64,000 nt of DNA from the IMG/VR virus record IMGVR_UViG_3300031576_000018, positions 1-64,000 of that record; one strand, 5' to 3'. The notes beneath the pieces are model-generated. The model had not been told where the DNA came from. It did not search any database and was given only the letters and a program-made list of their open reading frames with translations. Below, piece by piece: positions 57,452 through 64,000 of this stretch; positions within the stretch are counted from its first letter, which is position 1; each line of letters opens with the position of its first letter. This DNA is from a virus. Made by a program: the position numbers and the translations under genes.

Positions 57452-57976
57452 ATGATCGTCAATTTAAGAGACTTTTTAAGCACCTATGTACAAGAGGCAG
57501 TAGGGGAGTGGCTAGAAGTACAGGATATCCCGCAAAGTAAGCATGAACTCTTTTATAGCGTGCTTAGAAAGAAAATTCAGGAAAGGGTTGAAGGATTTCT
57601 TCACCGTAACGCGATTATAGCTACGGCAATTGAAATAGCCAGACATGACGAGTTTAAACCAGATAAATTAAAGCTAGTGTGGCAAAATTCTCAAATAGGC
57701 GAAATAGTCTTAGCGGGAAAGGTTATTGGGCAAGCAAGAACATTCCCAATAAACGGTATGAGCACAAACATTTATATCTTGGATAAAATTTCAGACGCTT
57801 TAATTGTGGAGGTGGATAGTTTTTACTCAGGAAACGAACCAGAGAAACCTGAGTTTGTTATTGTCCATCCCAACAAGGGTCAGTCTAAATACAGTTACAG
57901 TCTTATCTTCACTCAGTGGGAAGATGTACAAAAGGTCGTAGATGGATTTTTTAACGTAAAAGAGTGGGGTAAGTAG
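57452..57976 (+). CDS. Hypothetical protein
   Basis: GGGAGG RBS. Confidence 0.6.
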   Translation: MIVNLRDFLSTYVQEAVGEWLEVQDIPQSKHELFYSVLRKKIQERVEGFLHRNAIIATAIEIARHDEFKPDKLKLVWQNSQIGEIVLAGKVIGQARTFPINGMSTNIYILDKISDALIVEVDSFYSGNEPEKPEFVIVHPNKGQSKYSYSLIFTQWEDVQKVVDGFFNVKEWGK

Positions 57977-57978
57977 AT

Positions 57979-58347
57979 ATGTCTAAAACCTACCCACTTC
58001 TTAAGCCTTTAAACAATGAAGTTGTTATTTTAGTTCCTCCTTTACTTGCCAAAGAAATTGGTGTGTTAGAAGCTATCTTTTTACAACAAGTTCATGAGTG
58101 GTTAGAAGCAATAGAGAAAGTTGACCCAGAGACAGAAGAAAACCCAGTTAATTATATTCGCAGACCTAAAAAAGTGTGGCTGAGCGAACTACCTTTTATA
58201 ACTTTTTCAGAGTATGACCGAGTAATTGCAAGTCTACACCCTAAAGGATTATTGACTTTTAAGAATGATTATGACCATTTAACTATGCGGATTGATTATG
58301 AGAAATTGGCTACCTACAAAGGTCATTTGGTGAGCACAGAGCGTTAG
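57979..58347 (+). CDS. Short wHTH paralog of initiator B
   Basis: LAKEIGVLEAIFLQQVHEW, WLSELPF, RIDYEKL align with 58427 protein. Confidence 0.7.
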   Translation: MSKTYPLLKPLNNEVVILVPPLLAKEIGVLEAIFLQQVHEWLEAIEKVDPETEENPVNYIRRPKKVWLSELPFITFSEYDRVIASLHPKGLLTFKNDYDHLTMRIDYEKLATYKGHLVSTER

Positions 58348-58426
58348 ATAAAAAAATAGCCCCACTGTTTTTCAATATGTTACAATGGGGAAATAAATCT
58401 TTTTTGAATTGGAGATATTGTACCTC

Positions 58427-59275
58427 ATGTCTAAGACTTTAATCAATGAAGCCCCCTTATTAATTCCCCGCACTTTAGCTAAATACCTTGGTTTATTGGA
58501 TGCTATTTTCCTACAACAAGTTCATTTCTGGGTAGAAATTAACAAACAAGCAGGAAGAAATCTAAAAAAAGGTGATTATTGGATGTATCTCTCCTCAGAA
58601 GGCTGGATAGAAGAACTTCCCTTCTTGTGTGAAAAAACAATAAAAAATATTATTGTTAGACTAAAGAAATTAAATTTGTTAATTGTTGACCATTTAGATA
58701 AGAATCATTTTAATCGCACAAATTGGTTTCGTGTTAACTATGAAGAGCTAGAAAGATTAGAAGTTTCTTGGTTAGAAGAGAAAGAAGAGAAAGCCAGATT
58801 AAAATTTTTTGCACTCGCTGTTAAAGAAGTGGAAGAAGAATTAGAAGAGTCAATGGGTTCTAAAATACCAGATAGATTGGGTAAATTTACCCAATGCATT
58901 AGTGAACCAAATACCCAATCAGAAAGGGTAACTGACGCACAATCTAAACAGAGAGTAACAGAGATAACAAAAACAACTTCTTCCGAAGAAAAAGATTACC
59001 CAATGGATATAGAGGAAGAGGACAAAGAACTACGAGAAGATTTTGAGTTAGTGTGGGGAGATTTTCCTAAGAAAGATTCTCATAAGGAAAAGCACTGGTT
59101 AAGATATAAACAGCTCAAACCAAAAATAAAACTAGTTAAATTAGCTTTAGACCTTTTAGAAGAACAAACAAACGGACAAGTAAAATTCTATCCCAACTTT
59201 GATAACTTTCTTACTTCTTTTGTAGCTAAGAAAACCAGTTCTGATGACTACGACCCTAAAACAGGGATTCTTTAG
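58427..59275 (+). CDS. wHTH replication-initiator-like protein B
   Basis: LAKYLGLLDAIFLQQVHFW...NRTNWFRVNYE; C-terminal FELVWGDFPKK helical domain; upstream of DnaC-like loader. Confidence 0.75.
   Translation: MSKTLINEAPLLIPRTLAKYLGLLDAIFLQQVHFWVEINKQAGRNLKKGDYWMYLSSEGWIEELPFLCEKTIKNIIVRLKKLNLLIVDHLDKNHFNRTNWFRVNYEELERLEVSWLEEKEEKARLKFFALAVKEVEEELEESMGSKIPDRLGKFTQCISEPNTQSERVTDAQSKQRVTEITKTTSSEEKDYPMDIEEEDKELREDFELVWGDFPKKDSHKEKHWLRYKQLKPKIKLVKLALDLLEEQTNGQVKFYPNFDNFLTSFVAKKTSSDDYDPKTGIL
58852..58944. repeat. Iteron-like array inside initiator B (candidate origin)
   Basis: Perfect palindrome ATTGGGTAAATTTACCCAAT 58876-58895 plus three degenerate copies at 22-24 bp period. Confidence 0.7.
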
Positions 59276-59277
59276 TT

Positions 59278-59523
59278 ATGCCAAATATATTACCGTTTCC
59301 TACAGGGGATAGTCTTGAGGGTGTAAGCACTAAAGCACCTACTGGTGTTAACGTAGACGTGGTTTGTGCGAATTGTAGAGGTGTATTCGTTACAAGTGTT
59401 AGCGAAGAAGAGCTGCTCAGAGGCGCATTAAAGGTTCATTTGCCTTTTCCTGCTGCGTGTCCTAATTGTGGTGTTATGCGTAAAAAATTTAGACTGCTTG
59501 AGGATGATTGGATAGATGAGTGA
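59278..59523 (+). CDS. Zinc-ribbon protein
   Basis: CANC...CPNC. Confidence 0.6.
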   Translation: MPNILPFPTGDSLEGVSTKAPTGVNVDVVCANCRGVFVTSVSEEELLRGALKVHLPFPAACPNCGVMRKKFRLLEDDWIDE

Positions 59524-60052
59524 TGAGATATTAGGTCGATATGGAATAGGAAAATCCTATAGAGGTTTACAGCTTCAACACAGTAAATCTGCTTTTGTTG
59601 CTTCAGAAGTTTCAAGTTACTTAGAAAGACTTAAAACCCATGTTCAAGAAGGAACGGGTTTACTTTTCCAAGGTGCTGGGAATACAGGTAAATCAGCTTT
59701 GGCTTCTATAATTTGCCGAGAGGCAATTCTAAAGCATTACTATCCTGCTTATTTTATGTCTTTAGATGATCTTCTTCTTTTAGACAACGCTCGTTGGAAG
59801 ATGAAACAGTACCAAGAAGAGTATTCCAAGAAGGTAGAGAAGCCTAAGATTTTAGTTTTAGATGACGTACCTTTTGTTTCTAACAAAGCGAAAAGTCCAG
59901 AAGAATTAATAAAACAGGTTCTTGCTAAGAGGCTTAGAGAGAATAATGTAACCATTTTTACAACTAAAAGCCTGAAAAATATTAAAGAGCCTATTCCAGA
60001 ATTGATGTTGAGAAAGAACAAAATTATAGAGTGTACGGTGGAATATGTTTGA
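59516..60052 (+). CDS. DnaC/IstB-like helicase loader ATPase
   Basis: GLLFQGAGNTGKS, ILVLDDV, R...TIFTT. Confidence 0.8.
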   Translation: MSDEILGRYGIGKSYRGLQLQHSKSAFVASEVSSYLERLKTHVQEGTGLLFQGAGNTGKSALASIICREAILKHYYPAYFMSLDDLLLLDNARWKMKQYQEEYSKKVEKPKILVLDDVPFVSNKAKSPEELIKQVLAKRLRENNVTIFTTKSLKNIKEPIPELMLRKNKIIECTVEYV

Positions 60053-60500
60053 AGGGAACATTTCTAATCAGCCCGCGGCTACTATAGGCTGGTATTATGA
60101 TGTACTTCTGATTATTAAGTATCCAAAATTATTTCGATGGGCTAAAAAAAGTATGCCTTCTATACTTAAGTTTCTTTATCAACGTAACGAATTGGCGATA
60201 GCCCAAATGGAATTGTATTTCAAAGACTACAATGTCAAAGTAGTCGTAGACCATCCAAACCTGAAAAAGATATTTGATGACGAATATAACACAGTAGCGG
60301 TAGGACACATCTCACAGCTTAGCCAGTTGCCTTATTTTAGGGTTTTTACGACAGATAAGCGTTTTATAGGTCTAAGTGGAATTGTACGTTATATTATGCC
60401 TTTTAAGCAGTTTATAAAAGAAGACAAACAACTTAAAGATAATGTAGCTGGTTTTGCAGAAATGATGATTGAGCTTGGAGAAAGGTTGAAGAAAGAATGA
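60045..60500 (+). CDS. Hypothetical protein
   Basis: Overlapping ORF in replication operon. Confidence 0.55.
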   Translation: MFEGNISNQPAATIGWYYDVLLIIKYPKLFRWAKKSMPSILKFLYQRNELAIAQMELYFKDYNVKVVVDHPNLKKIFDDEYNTVAVGHISQLSQLPYFRVFTTDKRFIGLSGIVRYIMPFKQFIKEDKQLKDNVAGFAEMMIELGERLKKE

Positions 60501-60757
60501 GCTACACCAAAAGAGAAGTACAGAAAGACACATTAGCAATTCTAAAAAGCATTAAAGGTTACGAGCTAGTGCAAATTGTTCCTGCCTGTTTTTCAGACCC
60601 AGAAAAGGAACAAATGTTTCAGTTTGTTCCATTTAACAAGATTGAAGACAATGTAATAACCATTTATACCCGCTTTTGTAATGATGAGGTGGTGGAGCAA
60701 ATAAAAAGAATCCATAAAGAGTTTTATTCGTATTTGTATTTGGGACAAAAAGAATGA
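60497..60757 (+). CDS. Hypothetical protein
   Basis: ATGA overlaps. Confidence 0.55.
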   Translation: MSYTKREVQKDTLAILKSIKGYELVQIVPACFSDPEKEQMFQFVPFNKIEDNVITIYTRFCNDEVVEQIKRIHKEFYSYLYLGQKE

Positions 60758-61188
60758 CAGAACATAGAAAGTATAAGCGAATTAAAGAGAACAGAGGTAG
60801 AAGTCAAATACTTCGCAGCACTACGTTAAGTATTTCTAGGTTGTATGGGAAGGGGCTAAGTGTAAAAAGCATATCAAAAAAGTTAGGTATTTCTACAACC
60901 ACCATATACACGTATATAAAAAGTTTAGGCGTAAAAAAGGAAAGTTTACTATCGCCACAGCAGCTAGTTTTAAGAAAATGTGTAGCGTCTCTGCTATGTA
61001 TTAAAATGCCGCCAGCGGCATTGAAAAAAATTCTTAAATTGAAACAAACTAAAAAAGTCATTAGAGCTTGGGAGAACCAGTATGGCTATTCCGAGGATTA
61101 TTTTAACAAGGGTTTAACTTTAATTAAGTATAAGGTACTACAAAATCCTCCAAAGAAAAAGGGTAGCAAACGGGTTAAAGAGAGGTGA
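60754..61188 (+). CDS. Basic HTH DNA-binding protein
   Basis: LYGKGLSVKSISKKLGISTTTIYTYI. Confidence 0.65.
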   Translation: MTEHRKYKRIKENRGRSQILRSTTLSISRLYGKGLSVKSISKKLGISTTTIYTYIKSLGVKKESLLSPQQLVLRKCVASLLCIKMPPAALKKILKLKQTKKVIRAWENQYGYSEDYFNKGLTLIKYKVLQNPPKKKGSKRVKER

Positions 61189-62396
61189 GTCTTGACAGAA
61201 AATTTATAACAACCCTGATTACTGAGGATGAAGCTCTTCGTAAAGCCATAGACGCTAATATTCAGGATAACTGGATATTAAAAGAACTTAGACCTGCTTA
61301 TCAGTGGATTAAATCTTTCTACACAGACTTTGGTAAAATACCCTCAAGGGAATCTCTCATTAAACGCTTTGGTGATATCCTCACCCTATCCGAAGAGAAT
61401 GTAGCTTTCTATATTTCAGAGATTAGAAACCGTCAGAAGTTTAGTGTTATGGTCATGACTGCTGAACAAGTTTCTAACCTATTAATGGATGATAAGCAAC
61501 CCGATAAGACCAAAGCCTTAGAAGAAGCCGAGAAGTTATTTAATTCTGCTCATAAGCAACTCTATACAGAACTGAATACCTCTAAGGTAGTTAACATTGC
61601 TAAAAAGGCTACAGACAGGTATGACCAGTATCTTCATAGAAAATCCAATAAAATCACAGGGGTTATAACCCCATGGGAACCATTAACCGAAGAAACAATG
61701 GGTTGGCAACCAGGAGAGTTTGCCCTTTTTGTAGGACGTAGAGGTTTAGGAAAGACCTTAACACTTCTTCTTAATCTCTCCAAAGCCTACCAAGCTGGGT
61801 ATAAACCATTACTCTTTACCCACGAAATGGGTGTAAAACCAATCAGTTTAAGACTAGATGCTATTTTAGGGCAATTTGATTACGAAGCCTTGAGAAAAGG
61901 TAAGCTAGACCTCTCTGAGGAAAGAGCCTACTTAGAATATCTTAAACGTATGGAAGAATCAGAGATGGTTTTGGAGGTAGCCGAAGGTGCAGGAAGAAAA
62001 GGAGTAGAAACTATTTATGCGTATTGCAGGACATTAAAACCAGATATTGTCTTTGTAGATTCTGCGTACCTCTTCGCTAAATCGTATGACTGGAAAGACC
62101 AGTATGCTTTTTCAGCAGACTTAAGAGCAATGGCTGAATCTTTAAAGATACCTATTATTATCTCTTTACAGGAGAAAAAAGACGGTGTAGCCATAGCGAA
62201 AGCCTATGAGAATGATGCGACGTGTATGTTCAGGCAGTATAAGGATAAAGACATGGAAGAATTACCGTTTATGTGTTTTGAGACTCGGAAAATTAGAGAA
62301 GGAGAACCCATTCGTTGGGTATCCCATTGGGATTTTAAGTCTATGAACTTTACTTGGAACCCCCAAGTAGACCCACAGGAATATATAGATATATAA
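61185..62396 (+). CDS. dnaB: DnaB-like replicative helicase
   Basis: GWQPGEFALFVGRRGLGKT, HEM, IVFVDSAY, KIREG. Confidence 0.88.
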   Translation: MSLDRKFITTLITEDEALRKAIDANIQDNWILKELRPAYQWIKSFYTDFGKIPSRESLIKRFGDILTLSEENVAFYISEIRNRQKFSVMVMTAEQVSNLLMDDKQPDKTKALEEAEKLFNSAHKQLYTELNTSKVVNIAKKATDRYDQYLHRKSNKITGVITPWEPLTEETMGWQPGEFALFVGRRGLGKTLTLLLNLSKAYQAGYKPLLFTHEMGVKPISLRLDAILGQFDYEALRKGKLDLSEERAYLEYLKRMEESEMVLEVAEGAGRKGVETIYAYCRTLKPDIVFVDSAYLFAKSYDWKDQYAFSADLRAMAESLKIPIIISLQEKKDGVAIAKAYENDATCMFRQYKDKDMEELPFMCFETRKIREGEPIRWVSHWDFKSMNFTWNPQVDPQEYIDI

Positions 62397-62397
62397 A

Positions 62398-63354
62398 ATG
62401 TTAGACACGACTGCTCTGGTAATAGCTCTTCAATCCGCAGGCATTAAGAAGATTAAAGTATGGAAAGACGAAGTTAAATTTTGCTGTCCTTTTCATGCTG
62501 ATAGAACACCCAGTGCTTTCCTTAACGTTTCCAAAGTCGTCTATAAATGCTTTTCGTGTGGGAGAGGAGAATCAGCGTATAGCTTTCTTCACTTAATAGG
62601 TATTCAACCTTACTCTTTAGAAATAGAGTCCATAGTTGACTTTGTCAGCTCAAAAGTTAATAAGGTAGTACAGAAAAGGAAATCTAAAACGTATGATCAG
62701 TTTATGGGACGTGTTGTTTCTCAAAGTATGCAAGAAGGACTCCTTATTTGGGAACAAAGTGTACCTACTTTTACGGTAGACCCTGTAGAGGAGTATATAA
62801 AGAATCGAACAGGAAATGCGTTTACACCTATTCCGGTTGCTTATCATCCTCAACGGTACTCACTGGTTTTTAAGACAGAATTTAATATTGTTGAACGCTT
62901 CTTTAAATGTCGGTCGCAGAAGATTACTGTTCCTTCTATGGTCTATGGAGAAAAGCATCTCTTTACACACGACTTTAAGAGCAAATCAGACACAGTTTAC
63001 TTGGTAGAGGGGTTATTCGATTACTTGAACCTTTATCAAGCAGGATTTAAAAACTGTGCGGCTTTACTAGGTAGCTCTGTCTCTGATATTAACCAGGTAG
63101 AGATAGATTCTCTAGGAGAAGACGTTACTCTAATACCAGATAGTGACAAAGCAGGATTAAACAGTCTAAAACCAAATGCAAAGAAATTAACTGAACTCGG
63201 TAAAAGAGTGTATGTGATTTACCCAAAACCAGAGAAAGATTTTGGAGCCATGACACACGAACAAATTAGAGAAAATATTTTTAACGGGAGAACAGCGTAT
63301 GGTAACAGGATATCTGGGGGCAACCTTGAAGATTGCCTTAGCCGATTCGGATAA
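62398..63354 (+). CDS. dnaG: DNA primase (CHC2 zinc finger + TOPRIM)
   Basis: CPFHADRTPS...CFSC, YLVEGLFD, PDSDKAG. Confidence 0.88.
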   Translation: MLDTTALVIALQSAGIKKIKVWKDEVKFCCPFHADRTPSAFLNVSKVVYKCFSCGRGESAYSFLHLIGIQPYSLEIESIVDFVSSKVNKVVQKRKSKTYDQFMGRVVSQSMQEGLLIWEQSVPTFTVDPVEEYIKNRTGNAFTPIPVAYHPQRYSLVFKTEFNIVERFFKCRSQKITVPSMVYGEKHLFTHDFKSKSDTVYLVEGLFDYLNLYQAGFKNCAALLGSSVSDINQVEIDSLGEDVTLIPDSDKAGLNSLKPNAKKLTELGKRVYVIYPKPEKDFGAMTHEQIRENIFNGRTAYGNRISGGNLEDCLSRFG

Positions 63355-64000
63355 GATTAATTTAGACTTATGGAAAGTCCCCAATTCAGCCCCAGCTAAA
63401 AACAGCTTTGGAGAATTTATTCCTCTCTATTACGAAGAAGCTGGTTGGGTACACTTCCCAAGAAACAATATGCCTGAATTAGAGTGCATAATAGAGGAAA
63501 GGAATTATACATCCTCAATAGAAACTGGTTATTTCTTTCATCAAGAGTATAGAGACTATCAAGTTGAGGTAGTAGATAAAGCACTTAAATTTATGAGGAG
63601 GAGTATTCGTTTAGGAATAGCCAGAGATGTTATTATTTGTGCACCATGCGCCAGCGGTAAAACCCACATGGCGTTCTATGCAATTGACCAATTGGCTGTA
63701 AAAACTTTAATCGCCGTCCCAACAGAGCCTCTATTTAAACAGTGGGTAGAACGGTTAACTGACTGGACGGGTGAAGAGCCGGGTATGTTTACAGGTAGAA
63801 AAAAGAGTTTCAAAAATATTACAGTGGCGCTAGTGCCTTCTTTAATCTCTAAATTAGCGAAAAAGTATCAGCACGAATTGAATAAGTTCGCCTTGCTGAT
63901 TAATGATGAAGTACATAGGCTAGGCGCTGATAAATGGTCAAAGGCGGTATGCCGTATACCGGCAGGCTATAGACTGTCTTTTTCAGCTACTCCCAAGAGA
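63299..64000 (+). CDS. SF2 DExH helicase, truncated by window end (not in ORF track)
   Basis: ATG 63299 after GGGAG; YRDYQ, APCASGKT, DEVH, SATPKR. Confidence 0.85.
   Translation, partial: MVTGYLGATLKIALADSDKINLDLWKVPNSAPAKNSFGEFIPLYYEEAGWVHFPRNNMPELECIIEERNYTSSIETGYFFHQEYRDYQVEVVDKALKFMRRSIRLGIARDVIICAPCASGKTHMAFYAIDQLAVKTLIAVPTEPLFKQWVERLTDWTGEEPGMFTGRKKSFKNITVALVPSLISKLAKKYQHELNKFALLINDEVHRLGADKWSKAVCRIPAGYRLSFSATPKR

Noticed and set aside
1277-63384. Numerous minus-strand ORFs in the track (e.g. 19099..19812, 20563..21273, 38448..39131)
   Set aside because: All lie antisense to convincing + strand genes and show no recognisable motifs; shadow ORFs
1-64000. Prophage/lysogeny module, tRNA genes
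   Set aside because: No integrase, repressor cassette, host genes or cloverleaf-like sequence recognised; could lie outside the window

Overview
64 kb of an AT-rich tailed-phage (siphovirus-like) genome with essentially all genes on the + strand. No integrase, tRNA, rRNA or CRISPR array was seen, and the host cannot be assigned from the sequence. Order: a repeat-rich non-coding region (1-766); small genes; a terminase large subunit with two inteins; an inserted wHTH replication-initiator pair; portal, Gln-rich scaffold, N4-gp56-type major capsid and head-tail genes; a tail tube that appears circularly permuted; a holin-like gene followed by a broken receiver domain; frameshifted tail chaperones; tape measure; tail-tip genes; a CHAP endolysin; fibre/decoration genes; and a six-gene paralogous virion-protein operon. 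An early/replication region follows, driven by three near-identical sigma70-type promoters: UvrD helicase, degenerate ligase, antitoxin-like and beta-clamp-like small proteins, RlpA-like protein, second initiator pair, DnaC-like loader, DnaB, primase and a truncated SF2 helicase. Most notable: two initiator genes, each with its own internal iteron array, and a C-terminal DP[RK]xxxL tail shared with a third protein; the permuted tail tube; the six-paralog cassette; and three extended -10 promoters exactly 6 nt before an ATG. All family assignments come from motif recognition by eye, not database searches.
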